Below, in pieces: positions 7,280 to 17,549 of a DNA stretch of 34,368 nucleotides (position 1 is the first letter of the stretch; every line of letters begins with the position of its first letter). Under the pieces are notes generated by a model. It was not told where the DNA came from, made no database searches, and was given only the letters and a program-made list of their open reading frames with translations. The DNA is taken from contig LSNL01000002.1 in the NCBI GenBank assembly GCA_003056145.1, positions 1-34,368 of the forward strand, in the 5' to 3' direction. Made by a program: the position numbers and the translations under genes. The stretch comes from Parcubacteria group bacterium M10-OD1-1 (lineage in GTDB: Bacteria; Patescibacteriota; Minisyncoccia; Moranbacterales; UBA2206).

Positions 7280-9517
7280 ATGAAATTTACAACAATACTA
7301 CCTTTGCTAAGTACTTTTTTCGTTGCCTTTTTAGGTTGGATAGTTTTGATTAAGGCTAGAAAAAATAGAATTAGTTTCACTTTCGTCTTATTTTCGTTGA
7401 CAATATCAATTTGGATGTTTGGAACTTTTATGATGTTTTTAGAAAGAAGTAATATATCGGATATTATTTTTTGGGATAAATTTGTTTATATTGGTGTGAT
7501 TTATATCCCTGCTATAATGTATCATTTTGGATTAGCTTTAACTAAAAATAAAAAAACTATTTCAAAAAAAATTTTATTTTTTGGATACACACTTTCAACC
7601 TTCTTTTTAATTTTACTTCCGACAAAACTTTTTGTTAATGGAGTATTTATCTATAAAGGAGGAGCTCATACAAAAGCTCAATTATTTCACCATCTTTTTT
7701 TAGTTTATTTTGTATTTTTTATAATACTATGGTTTGTAACTGTATATAAATATTATAAGGTTAGTAGGTTATCTATAGAAAGAGAGAGAATAAAATATTA
7801 TTTTATATCATTCTTTATTTTAGCTTTTTTCGGATCACTTGGTTATCTTCCAGCTTATGGGATAGGAATATATCCATTTGAATATTTGGCAGGAGTTGTC
7901 TTTGTAACTATCTTATTTTACGCGATTGTTCGGCATCGCTTGATGGATATTAAATTAGTTTTACGAAAATCAACAGTTTTATTGTTGTCTTTGTTGACTA
8001 TTTTTATTCCTGCTTTTATGGCGATGACTTTTTTTGCATATCATATTGGTAATTTTTCAATCTGGCCTAATTTTTTTGTTCTAATGATAGGAGTTTTAAT
8101 TTACCCAATTGTTAGAAATTATTATTTTCAATTAGCTAATAAATATTTATTTTCCTCTCTTTATGATAGCGTTCAGGTTGTTTCAGAAGTTAGCAATGGT
8201 TTAAAGATGATTTTAGATGTGAATAAGACTTATCAGTTTATAAATGCAGTATTTACTAAAATATTTCATCTTAAATCTTTTTATATTTTTATAGCTGATA
8301 CTGAAGGGGAAAAATATGTAATTAAATATAAAAAAGGAGTTAAAATAAAAAAGCCAGACGTATTTCTACGAAATAGTTCTTTACAAAAATATTTTTTTCA
8401 AGGAGAGACAACTATTATAGTAGAAGAGCTGCAATCTAATTATTCTAATAAAGATGCTAAAGAGCTAGTTGACTTTTTGACCAAATTAGGTGTTGAAATA
8501 GTTGTTCCGTTAAATGTTAAAAACAAAAATATTGGGTTACTTGCTTTAGGGGCTAAAGAATCAGGTGATATGTATAATAGCGAAGATTTGCAAATTCTAG
8601 ATACGATTAGTGCTCAGCTCGGAGTATCTATTAACAATGCTCAATTATATACAGAAGTTAAGGATTTTAATGTTAAATTAAGAAAAGAAATTGTTCGAGC
8701 AACATCTAAATTACAGACAACCAATAACCGATTACAAATTATGGCTAATAGATTAGCTCAAGCTAACGATCAATTGAGAAAACTGGACAATGCTAAAACT
8801 GAATTTATTTCTATTGCTTCGCACCAGTTAAGAACTCCTTTAACTGCTGTTAAGGGTTTTGTCTCTTTGCTACTAGAAGGTTCTTATGGGAAACTTAGTA
8901 AAGAAATAAAAAGTACTTTAAATAAAGTTTATTTAAGTAATGAAAGACTTATTCAGTTAGTTGAAGATTTGTTAAATGTTTCGAAAATTGAGGCAGGTCG
9001 AATGGATTATCAATTTGAAAAGACTCAGCTGATAGATGTTTGCCGAGAGCTATTTGATACTTTTATCATTAGGGCTAAAGAAAGGCGATTGAAATTAGAG
9101 CTAAAGATTTCTTCTAAAAAAATTCCTGAAGTTATGACGGATAGAAATAAAATTAGAGAAGTCATTTCTAATTTAATTGATAATGCTATTAAGTATACTT
9201 TAAAAGGAGGTGTGATTGTAAAAATTACTTCTAGTAACAATAGGGTTCAAATAGCTATTATAGACACAGGAATTGGCGTTCCAGCGGAAGAAACTCCTTA
9301 TCTTTTTCAAAAATTCTCTCGGGGAAAAGATATTTCTCGACTTAATACTGGAGGAACAGGACTAGGATTACATGTGGGTAAAAAAATAATGGAAGCTTTA
9401 CACGGAAAAATTTGGCTGGAATCAGCTGGAACTAATAAGGGATCTACTTTTTTTATAGAAGTGCCTATTGAAATTCTAAAAATTAAAAATAATAAAAAAG
9501 ATAATAAAATTTATTGA
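7280..9517 (+). CDS. Sensor histidine kinase (multi-TM/7TM N-terminal sensor, GAF, HisKA, HATPase)
   Basis: Many N-terminal TM helices; GAF-like segment; H-box ASHQLRTPL; N-box NLIDNAIKY; DTGIG; GTGLGL. Confidence 0.95.
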   Translation: MKFTTILPLLSTFFVAFLGWIVLIKARKNRISFTFVLFSLTISIWMFGTFMMFLERSNISDIIFWDKFVYIGVIYIPAIMYHFGLALTKNKKTISKKILFFGYTLSTFFLILLPTKLFVNGVFIYKGGAHTKAQLFHHLFLVYFVFFIILWFVTVYKYYKVSRLSIERERIKYYFISFFILAFFGSLGYLPAYGIGIYPFEYLAGVVFVTILFYAIVRHRLMDIKLVLRKSTVLLLSLLTIFIPAFMAMTFFAYHIGNFSIWPNFFVLMIGVLIYPIVRNYYFQLANKYLFSSLYDSVQVVSEVSNGLKMILDVNKTYQFINAVFTKIFHLKSFYIFIADTEGEKYVIKYKKGVKIKKPDVFLRNSSLQKYFFQGETTIIVEELQSNYSNKDAKELVDFLTKLGVEIVVPLNVKNKNIGLLALGAKESGDMYNSEDLQILDTISAQLGVSINNAQLYTEVKDFNVKLRKEIVRATSKLQTTNNRLQIMANRLAQANDQLRKLDNAKTEFISIASHQLRTPLTAVKGFVSLLLEGSYGKLSKEIKSTLNKVYLSNERLIQLVEDLLNVSKIEAGRMDYQFEKTQLIDVCRELFDTFIIRAKERRLKLELKISSKKIPEVMTDRNKIREVISNLIDNAIKYTLKGGVIVKITSSNNRVQIAIIDTGIGVPAEETPYLFQKFSRGKDISRLNTGGTGLGLHVGKKIMEALHGKIWLESAGTNKGSTFFIEVPIEILKIKNNKKDNKIY

Positions 9518-9523
9518 TAAATT

Positions 9524-10381
9524 ATGAATATTCATCTTAGCCAATACGCTGGTTTTTGCGACGGTGTTAAGAGAGCTTATGAAATGGTTAATTCATTAGA
9601 AATGGCTAAACTAAAAATGCCAATCTATATTTTAGGATCACTAGTCCATAACCAAGATGTTAATAAAAAAATAATTGCTAAAGGAGTTAAGCCTATCAGT
9701 CGGGAAGATTTTTTTAATTCTAAAATTGGGGAAATAGGAACACTTATTTTAACTGCTCATGGCGTAGGTCCAAGAATATATGCTTGGGCAAAAAAGAACC
9801 AGTTTGATTTAATTGATGCAACTTGTCCAAAAGTAATGAAAGCTCAAAGATTGGCTCAGGTATTTTCTAATCGTCAACAAACTATAGTTTTAGTAGGAGA
9901 TAAAGGACATAAGGAAGTAGAAGGTATTAGAGGTTGGGGCGGTCAAAAAGTAGTGATTATTTCTAACGAAGAAGATTTAAAAAATAGTAACTTTAAATTA
10001 GATGAGAAATTAACAGTTTTAGCTCAAACGACTCAAGATGAAAAATTTTTTAATCAAGTAGTGGAATTTTTACGTCAGAAATATTCTCAAGTAACTGCTT
10101 TAGAAACTATTTGTTATTCTACTCAAGAAAGACAACTAGAGATTAAAAAATTAGCGCAACAAAATGATTTAGTAGTTATAATTGGTTCAAAAACTAGTGC
10201 TAACTCTAATCGATTATTTGAAATTGCTCAAGATATTAATTCAAAAGCTTATTTTATTGAGAATGCTCAAGCAATAAAAAAGGAGTGGTTCAGTGGAGTA
10301 AAAAATGTTGCAATTACCGCTGGCGCTTCTACTCCTGAATGGGTGATTAAAAAAGTTTTAGAAAAAATAAAACAGCTATAA
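9524..10381 (+). CDS. ispH: 4-hydroxy-3-methylbut-2-enyl diphosphate reductase
   Basis: AGFCDGVKRA, VHN, AHG, DATCPKV, HKEV, QTT, TICYSTQERQ, SANS, TAGASTP; three Fe-S cysteines present. Confidence 0.96.
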   Translation: MNIHLSQYAGFCDGVKRAYEMVNSLEMAKLKMPIYILGSLVHNQDVNKKIIAKGVKPISREDFFNSKIGEIGTLILTAHGVGPRIYAWAKKNQFDLIDATCPKVMKAQRLAQVFSNRQQTIVLVGDKGHKEVEGIRGWGGQKVVIISNEEDLKNSNFKLDEKLTVLAQTTQDEKFFNQVVEFLRQKYSQVTALETICYSTQERQLEIKKLAQQNDLVVIIGSKTSANSNRLFEIAQDINSKAYFIENAQAIKKEWFSGVKNVAITAGASTPEWVIKKVLEKIKQL

Positions 10382-10459
10382 TTTATTTAAAAAAAAATTT
10401 GCTTTTTCTTTTTATCTAAGTGTATAATTGATTAGGCTAAATAAAGTTAAGAATATTTT

Positions 10460-11278
10460 ATGACAAAAATGATTATTGTAGAAGATGATTCTATGATTTC
10501 AGAAATCTATCAGAAAAAATTTTCAGAGGCTGGCTATGATGTGGCTATTGCCAATAACGGAGAGCAGGTATTGGGTATGATTAAAAAAGAGCCAGTGGAT
10601 ATAATTCTGCTAGATTTAATGATGCCAAAAATGGATGGTTTTGAAACAACAAAAGCTATCAGAAAAAATCCCGCTAATAAAAATCTCAAAATTTTAATTG
10701 TCAGTAATCTTAGTCAAAAGGAACAACAAGATGAAGTTATGAAATTAGGTGCTGATGGATTTATCGTGAAGGCTAACTATTCTCCGAGTCAATTAGTTAA
10801 AGAAGTCTCTCGTTTGATTGATCAAGAAAAAGAAGAGATTAAAAATGAAGCTAGAATTAATTCGGAAAATCAAACTAGTCAAGAAAATAAAGAGAATGAA
10901 ATTAAAAATCAAAAAAAAGTTTTACTTATTGAAGATGAGGATGTCTTCATTGAAATGTTTGGTAAGAAATTGAAACAGGAAGGTTATTATGTGGAGTCAG
11001 CTAATAGCGGGGAAGTGGGCTTAGAAAAAGCTTTACAGAAAAAATTTGACATTTTTATTTTAGACGTAATGATGCCAGTAATGACTGGAGAAGAAATAAT
11101 TGAGAATTTAAAATTAAATGAAAAAACTAAAAATGTTCCAATTATTATTTTAGCTTCTTCTCTAGATGATGAAATAGAGGAAAAAATTAGAGCTGAGGGA
11201 ATTAAGGATATTTTTATTAAAACTAAAATTATTCCTAGCGAATTAGCTAAAAAGGTAATTGATTTAATAGGAAAATAA
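10460..11278 (+). CDS. Response regulator with two tandem receiver domains and no output domain
   Basis: IVEDD..LLDLMMPKMDG and LIEDE..ILDVMMP, joined by an E/N/K/Q-rich linker. Confidence 0.9.
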   Translation: MTKMIIVEDDSMISEIYQKKFSEAGYDVAIANNGEQVLGMIKKEPVDIILLDLMMPKMDGFETTKAIRKNPANKNLKILIVSNLSQKEQQDEVMKLGADGFIVKANYSPSQLVKEVSRLIDQEKEEIKNEARINSENQTSQENKENEIKNQKKVLLIEDEDVFIEMFGKKLKQEGYYVESANSGEVGLEKALQKKFDIFILDVMMPVMTGEEIIENLKLNEKTKNVPIIILASSLDDEIEEKIRAEGIKDIFIKTKIIPSELAKKVIDLIGK

Positions 11279-11286
11279 TAAATAAT

Positions 11287-12606
11287 ATGAAACGAACTTT
11301 AATCGTTAGGATTCCAGAATTAGTTGGAGAAAAAGTTAAAATTGCTGGCTGGATTAATGTCAGACGAGATCATGGGAAATTAATTTTTATTGATTTAAGA
11401 GATCGTTCAGGAGTAATTCAGATAGTTATAATTCCAGATAATGAAGAGGCTTATCAAAGAGCTAGAGAAGTTAGAGATGAATATGTTATTGAAGTAGAAG
11501 GCTTAGTTAAAAAAAGACCAGGTGGGCAATCTACAGAAAAGTTAGAAACTTCTAGCGTAGAAATAGAAGTGGAAAAGATGAAAATTATTTCTCGAGTGGA
11601 AGGTGAATTATCATTTGAGGTTTCATCTAAAAAATTAGATGTTAATATTCAGACACTTTTAGATAATAGAAATTTATCTCTGCGTAATAAAAGAGTGAAT
11701 GATATTTTTAAAATTTATTCTCAAATTTTAAAATCCTATAATGATGTAATGAGAGAGAATGATTTTTTGGAAATCAAGAGTCCTAAAATTCTTTCTACTG
11801 CTTCTGAGGGAGGTGCAAATTTTTTCAAAATGGAATATTTTCAAGGAGAGGCTTTTCTAGCTCAAAGCCCTCAATTTTATAAACAGGCTGGAGTTGGAGC
11901 TTTTGAGCGGGTGTTTGAAATTGGTACGGTTTTTCGAGCGGAACCGCATTTTACTACTCGTCATGTTAACGAATATACTAGCTTTGATGCAGAGATGGGT
12001 TTCATTGAAAGTTATGCTGATATAATGAAGCAGTTAACTCAAGTTATGAAAAGAATTATACGTGATATTCAAAAAAATTGCGCTTCAGAATTGGCTGAAT
12101 ATGAAAGTGAGTTGTTTGTTCCTGATGAATTTCCAAAAATAAAACTCACTGAAGCGTTGGAAATTTTAAAGAAAGAATTTGGCAAAGAGATGGAAGGAAT
12201 TGATATTGATCCAGAAGGGGAGAGACTGATTGGTGAATGGGCCAAAAAAACTTATAACTCAGATTTTATTTTTCTAACTCATTATCCTTCTAGCATCAGA
12301 CCTTTCTATACAATGCCAAGCGCCGATCCGCAATATACAGAAAGTTTTGATTTAATTTTTAAAGGCGTAGAAATTGCAACAGGCGGACAAAGAATTCACG
12401 ATTATAATCAATTAGTAGCTAGTATTCAAAGTCATGGTTTAAAGCTGGACGACTTTAAACATTATTTAGAAATTTTTAAATTAGGAATTCCTCCTCACGG
12501 CGGTTGGGGTCTAGGATCTGAGCGGATAGTGCAAAAAGTTTTAGGAATTAAAAATATAAAAGAGGTTATTCTTTTCCCAAGAGATGTTAAGCGACTTACT
12601 CCGTAA
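11287..12606 (+). CDS. aspS: Aspartate--tRNA(Asp/Asn) ligase, short archaeal-type, probably non-discriminating
   Basis: OB-fold RRDHGKLIFIDLRD, LAQSPQFYKQ, FRAE, GGQRIH, PPHGGWGLGSER; 439 aa with no bacterial GAD insert. Confidence 0.95.
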   Translation: MKRTLIVRIPELVGEKVKIAGWINVRRDHGKLIFIDLRDRSGVIQIVIIPDNEEAYQRAREVRDEYVIEVEGLVKKRPGGQSTEKLETSSVEIEVEKMKIISRVEGELSFEVSSKKLDVNIQTLLDNRNLSLRNKRVNDIFKIYSQILKSYNDVMRENDFLEIKSPKILSTASEGGANFFKMEYFQGEAFLAQSPQFYKQAGVGAFERVFEIGTVFRAEPHFTTRHVNEYTSFDAEMGFIESYADIMKQLTQVMKRIIRDIQKNCASELAEYESELFVPDEFPKIKLTEALEILKKEFGKEMEGIDIDPEGERLIGEWAKKTYNSDFIFLTHYPSSIRPFYTMPSADPQYTESFDLIFKGVEIATGGQRIHDYNQLVASIQSHGLKLDDFKHYLEIFKLGIPPHGGWGLGSERIVQKVLGIKNIKEVILFPRDVKRLTP

Positions 12607-12623
12607 AATTAAAATAAAAGAAG

Positions 12624-13844
12624 ATGGATATTCAAGATCAAGTTATCAGAGACATTTCTTTTCATGATGAAAAGCTTAATGCTAAAAAAATAAAATTGAT
12701 TGGGGCTATTTCCTTTTTAGTCGGCTTCGCCCAGGTGTTTTTTCTCTATATAATGTCGTCTTATTTTAAATTGATTTCTGGCATTCAAAATGTGGGGATT
12801 TTTTATTTTGTCGCTTATAGCTTAATTCTCTTAATTCTTTTAAATTTACATAAACTTGTTAAAAAAGTTGGAAAGTCTCATCTTTTTCATTTATCACTTT
12901 TTTTTAAAATTCTAACTATTCTATTTTTGCTTTTTCTTCCACCCAGTTGGGTTAATATTATTTTAGTTGGTTTATATATTATCTTAGGAAATATAGAATG
13001 GGTCAGTTTAGATATGATTCTAGAATCTTACTCTACTGACGCAATGTCAGGGAGAATTAGGGGAGGTTTTTTATCATTAATGAACTTAGGCGTTTTGATA
13101 GGACCTTTTCTTTCCACTTGGGTTTTGGAAAGAAAAAATTATCACGGTATTTTTATTTTATTATTAATTTTTAATGTCATTATTTTGTTTGTTGGGATTT
13201 TTGGCTTAAAAAAAGTTAATCATCGCTTTCGCGAAAAAGCTCAAATGAAAGATATTATAAAAAAAGTTATTCGTCGAACTAATATTAGAAAAATATTTTA
13301 TATTTCTTTCGTTTTGGAATTTTTTTATGCTTTAATGATTATTTATACGCCAATTTATTTAAGAAATTTAGGTCTTAGTTGGGAAAGTATTGGTGTAATT
13401 TTTACTATGATGCTTTTACCTTTTGTTTTTCTACAATATCCAGTGGGAGTTTTGGCTGATAGAAAACTAGGTGAAAAAGAAATTCTAATTGGTTCTATTG
13501 GGTTAATGGGCATTACGACAATAGTTATTTTTTTTATTGGCTCTACTAGCCTTATTCTTTGGTCAATAATTTTATTTCTAACTAGAGTAGGGGCGTCGTT
13601 AGTAGAAATACTAAGAGATTCTTATTTTTATAAAAGAATTGATGGACATAATATTGATTTGATTGATGTTTTTAGAGCGATGCGTCCAGTCGCTTATATT
13701 TTAGCTACTGCTTCTTCGGCTCTGGTTTTAGCTATTCTTCCTATGAAATTTATTTTTATTCTAGTTGGTTTGATAATTTTTTCAGCTTTGTATCCAGCTA
13801 TTGGATTAGTAGATAATCTTAGTGAGAAAGAACTAAAAAAATAA
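12624..13844 (+). CDS. Major facilitator superfamily transporter
   Basis: About 12 hydrophobic segments in two halves; GVLADRKLGEK motif A-like. Confidence 0.85.
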   Translation: MDIQDQVIRDISFHDEKLNAKKIKLIGAISFLVGFAQVFFLYIMSSYFKLISGIQNVGIFYFVAYSLILLILLNLHKLVKKVGKSHLFHLSLFFKILTILFLLFLPPSWVNIILVGLYIILGNIEWVSLDMILESYSTDAMSGRIRGGFLSLMNLGVLIGPFLSTWVLERKNYHGIFILLLIFNVIILFVGIFGLKKVNHRFREKAQMKDIIKKVIRRTNIRKIFYISFVLEFFYALMIIYTPIYLRNLGLSWESIGVIFTMMLLPFVFLQYPVGVLADRKLGEKEILIGSIGLMGITTIVIFFIGSTSLILWSIILFLTRVGASLVEILRDSYFYKRIDGHNIDLIDVFRAMRPVAYILATASSALVLAILPMKFIFILVGLIIFSALYPAIGLVDNLSEKELKK

Positions 13845-13956
13845 GTTAATAAAGATAAACTATTATTAAATTGTAAGTTTGAATATTTTTCCTTGAAATG
13901 GTATGATTGACTAGATAAGAAGCCTTAGAACAATATAAAACTTAGTTTATTTGAGA

Positions 13957-14661
13957 ATGTATAAAGTAAAACTGGAAAAATTTGAAGGACCGATGGAGCT
14001 TTTACTAGAGCTGATAGAAAAAGAAAAAATGAATATTACTGAATTGAGTTTGTCAAAAGTGGCAGATGAATATCTAGAATATATTAAAGATAACCACAAT
14101 ATTCACTTAGAGAATTTAGCTGAATTTTTATCTGTAGCTGCTAAACTTATTTTAATTAAGTCTAAAGCACTTTTGCCAATGCTCAAGTTTAGTGATGAGG
14201 AAGAAGAAGAAATAAAAGATTTAACTTATCAGTTAGAAGAATATAAAAAATTTAAAAAAGCTTCGTTGTTAATTGGAGAAATGGCTGAACGAGGATTAAT
14301 TAGCTACGCACGCGAAAGCTTTAGTGGAGTTAAAACAGTTTTTTATCCACCAGAGAATATCAACAGATTTGATTTAAAAAAATATTTTCAGCTAGTGATT
14401 AGTGAAATTCCTCAGTTAGAAAAACTAAAAGAGGAAGTTGTGGAAGAAGTAGTAACACTGGAAGAAAGAATAGTAGAATTGGAAAATAGTTTGCGTTCTA
14501 AGGCAGAAACTTCCTTTTCTACTTTGATAGCCAAGGCATCTACTAAAGTTGATGCCATTATATCCTTTTTAGCTATGTTAGAAATGATTAAACAAAGGAT
14601 AATAAAAGTGGAGCAGAAAGATTTATTTGAGGAGATCAAATTAACTGTTAAAAGAAATTAA
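13957..14661 (+). CDS. scpA: Segregation and condensation protein A
   Basis: FEGPMELLLELI, AAKLILIKSKALLP, SFLAMLEM; ATG at 13957 (the ORF track starts at TTG 13951). Confidence 0.95.
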   Translation: MYKVKLEKFEGPMELLLELIEKEKMNITELSLSKVADEYLEYIKDNHNIHLENLAEFLSVAAKLILIKSKALLPMLKFSDEEEEEIKDLTYQLEEYKKFKKASLLIGEMAERGLISYARESFSGVKTVFYPPENINRFDLKKYFQLVISEIPQLEKLKEEVVEEVVTLEERIVELENSLRSKAETSFSTLIAKASTKVDAIISFLAMLEMIKQRIIKVEQKDLFEEIKLTVKRN

Positions 14662-14673
14662 TTAAATTTTATT

Positions 14674-15219
14674 ATGGAAATTGGAAAATTAAAATCTATT
14701 CTGGAGAGTTTATTATTTGTTAGCGGAGAACCAATCAAAATAATTAAATTAGCTAAAATAATAGGAATTAAAGACATTGAAATTGAAACAGCTATTAATC
14801 AAATTCAAAAAGAAGACGCTGGAAATCGGGGAATGATTATTATCCGAAAGGAAGGTTTAGTCCAAATGGTAACTAATCCTCAAAATGCTAAAATTGCTAA
14901 GGAACTAGTGAAAGGCGAAATTCAATCTAGTTTAAGTAAGGCTTCGTTGGAAGTTTTATCAATTATAGCTTATCGAGGACCACTTTCTAGAATTGATGTT
15001 GAGGCGGTTAGAGGTGTTAACTGTAGCTTTACAATACGGGCTCTTTTAATGCGAGGACTGATTGAAAGAACGAGTAATCCCACCAATAATCGCTCCTATC
15101 TTTACAAAATATCTTTTGAATTTTTAAAAAAGTTAGGAATTGAAACAGTGGAAAAATTACCTGATTGGGAAAAACTTTCTCAAAATCCTCAGGTAGAAGA
15201 TTTAGTTGAAAATAAATAA
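14674..15219 (+). CDS. scpB: Segregation and condensation protein B
   Basis: LESLLFVSGEP, LSKASLEVLSIIAYRGP, VRGVN; follows scpA. Confidence 0.96.
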   Translation: MEIGKLKSILESLLFVSGEPIKIIKLAKIIGIKDIEIETAINQIQKEDAGNRGMIIIRKEGLVQMVTNPQNAKIAKELVKGEIQSSLSKASLEVLSIIAYRGPLSRIDVEAVRGVNCSFTIRALLMRGLIERTSNPTNNRSYLYKISFEFLKKLGIETVEKLPDWEKLSQNPQVEDLVENK

Positions 15220-15231
15220 TTTTTAGATTTA

Positions 15232-16281
15232 TTGTTAAATATGTTAAATATAATTTTGCTAATTCTGATTGCTCCTTTCTTACCAGTTTTTATGTATGGC
15301 AGTTTAAGTAGTGGTGCTAATCAGCCAACTACTAATAAAACTAGTCAAGTCTTAGGAGCTAGTCAGCAAAAACAAGAAATTTCTACTGGTGAAAAAAAAC
15401 AAGCTCAACCTTTTTCTACTCACAACTTTTTATCTTTTGATACAGCTTCTCATTCAGGATTTATGCCAATTAGGAAAGATAATTATTCGGATATTAAAAT
15501 TTGGGCTAGATCTTCAGTAGTTATTGACGTAGATAGCGGTACTCTTTTACATTATGATAATGGAAGAAAGAGGACTCAAATTGCTTCGTTAACTAAATTG
15601 ATGACTGCGACTTTAACTTTAGAGAAAGTTAAAAATTTAAATGAAACAGTTACTATTAGTAAGAGAGCTTTGCAAGTAGATGGCACGGTAGTTGGTTGTC
15701 CGACTAGTATTTTTTGTAACGATGAGAGATTGCATGTAGGAGAAAAAATTAGCGTTAGAAGTCTTTTGACGGCAATGCTTTTAGATAGTGCTAATGATGC
15801 TGCTACCCAATTAGGAATTTATATGGCTGGAACACCAGAAAAATTTGTTAAAATGATGAATGCTAAAGCTCGTTCGCTGGGGCTTCAAGATACGCATTTT
15901 TGTACTCCTTCAGGATTAGAAATTGACGGACATGCTTCAGAATGTTACTCTTCAGCTTACGACATTGCTAGAATTGCGGCTAATTCTTTAAAATATAAAC
16001 TAATTTGGCAGATAATGAGAACGAAAAAAGCTCAAGTTTCCTCACTAGATCATAAATATGTGCATAATTTAAAAAATACTGATAAGCTTTTAAGTCAGAT
16101 GCCTAATTGTATTGGTGGTAAAACTGGATTTACTCCTTTAGCTGGGCATTCTCTTTTATTAGGAGCGATTGATAAAACTAAAAAACATAGAATTATAGCG
16201 GTAATTTTAAATGATCCTAATCGATGGACCGATATGAAAAAATTAATCAGTTGGACTTTTGCTAATTATCGTTGGCAATAA
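15232..16281 (+). CDS. D-alanyl-D-alanine carboxypeptidase (peptidase S11)
   Basis: SxxK (ASLTK), SxN (SAN) and KTG motifs; N-terminal signal/anchor; true start may be ATG 15241. Confidence 0.92.
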   Translation: MLNMLNIILLILIAPFLPVFMYGSLSSGANQPTTNKTSQVLGASQQKQEISTGEKKQAQPFSTHNFLSFDTASHSGFMPIRKDNYSDIKIWARSSVVIDVDSGTLLHYDNGRKRTQIASLTKLMTATLTLEKVKNLNETVTISKRALQVDGTVVGCPTSIFCNDERLHVGEKISVRSLLTAMLLDSANDAATQLGIYMAGTPEKFVKMMNAKARSLGLQDTHFCTPSGLEIDGHASECYSSAYDIARIAANSLKYKLIWQIMRTKKAQVSSLDHKYVHNLKNTDKLLSQMPNCIGGKTGFTPLAGHSLLLGAIDKTKKHRIIAVILNDPNRWTDMKKLISWTFANYRWQ

Positions 16282-16307
16282 ATAGCAAAATTTAATTAAA
16301 AATTTTT

Positions 16308-17417
16308 ATGGATATTTCTCAAATACAGACTATTCCTGAGGTAATTAATATTTTGAAAATATTAGTTACAGGTTTTTTAGCTTTTTTAATGGCGTTTTTT
16401 TCAACACCAATTTTTACCCATTTTCTTTATCAACATAAAATAGGAATTAAAATTAAAAAGAACTCAGTCAGTGGAGAAAAGTTAAAATATGTTAGTACTC
16501 TTCATCAACATAAATCCGGAACACCAACAATGGGCGGGGTTTTAATTTGGCTTTCGGTAGTAATTTTAGTTTTTGCGTCTCATTATATTTTCCCTTACAT
16601 TGCTCAGCTTTTTGGTATAAATTTTATTGCTAGATTAGATTTTTTAAGTCGTTCTCAGGTTTGGTTACCTCTTTTTGCCTTAGTTTCGGCAGGCATTCTC
16701 GGTCTTTTTGATGATTATATGAGTATTAAAGGTATTGGAGCTAATAAAGGCGGGGGAATGAGATTTTTTTCTCGTTTTGGTTGGTTAATTATAATTTCTG
16801 CTTTAGGTGCTTGGTGGTTTTATTTTAAATTAGGTTGGGACAAATTACATATTCCAGCAGTAGGAGATTTTGGCATTGGACTTTGGTATATTCCACTTTT
16901 TATTTTAGTAATTCTTTTCTCAGCTATTTCTTCTAATGAAACCGATGGTTTAGATGGTCTTAATGGCGGAATTTTATTGATTGCTTTTGGCTCCTTTGCC
17001 TTAATTTCAGCTTTTCAAAACAAAATAGACTTGGCGGCTTTTTGTGCAGCCTTAGCTGGAGCTCTTTTGGCTTTTCTTTGGTTTAATATTTATCCAGCTA
17101 GATTTTTTATGGGCGATACTGGGGCGGTTTCTTTAGGAATTACTTTGGGAGTTATTGCTATGCTAACTAATTCAGCTCTAGTTCTTCTCATTATTGTTTT
17201 TATATATGTGATTGAGTCAGGATCAGTCGTGATCCAACTTTTTTCAAAAAGATTTTTTGGTCGAAAAGTCTTTCTAGCCGCTCCCATTCATCATCATTTT
17301 GAGGCATTGGGTTGGCCAGAAACTAAAGTAACAATGCGTGCTTGGATTTTCACGGCAGTTACGGCTTTGATTGGAGTTATTGTGGGAATATTAGGTGCTG
17401 GTATTTTTAACAAGTAA
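16308..17417 (+). CDS. mraY: Phospho-N-acetylmuramoyl-pentapeptide transferase
   Basis: KSGTPTMGG, GLFDD, NETDGLDGL, PARFFMGDTG, APIHHHFE. Confidence 0.96.
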   Translation: MDISQIQTIPEVINILKILVTGFLAFLMAFFSTPIFTHFLYQHKIGIKIKKNSVSGEKLKYVSTLHQHKSGTPTMGGVLIWLSVVILVFASHYIFPYIAQLFGINFIARLDFLSRSQVWLPLFALVSAGILGLFDDYMSIKGIGANKGGGMRFFSRFGWLIIISALGAWWFYFKLGWDKLHIPAVGDFGIGLWYIPLFILVILFSAISSNETDGLDGLNGGILLIAFGSFALISAFQNKIDLAAFCAALAGALLAFLWFNIYPARFFMGDTGAVSLGITLGVIAMLTNSALVLLIIVFIYVIESGSVVIQLFSKRFFGRKVFLAAPIHHHFEALGWPETKVTMRAWIFTAVTALIGVIVGILGAGIFNK

Positions 17418-17549
17418 ATTGAAGAATAGATTCAATAATTTGGTTCATTTTTCTTATAGATGAGTTGATTTTTATTTGGTTGTGTGCTAGGGTACAAACA
17501 AGAAACGGTAGTTTAACAATATTATATTTTTGCAAAAAAAGGAGCTTCT

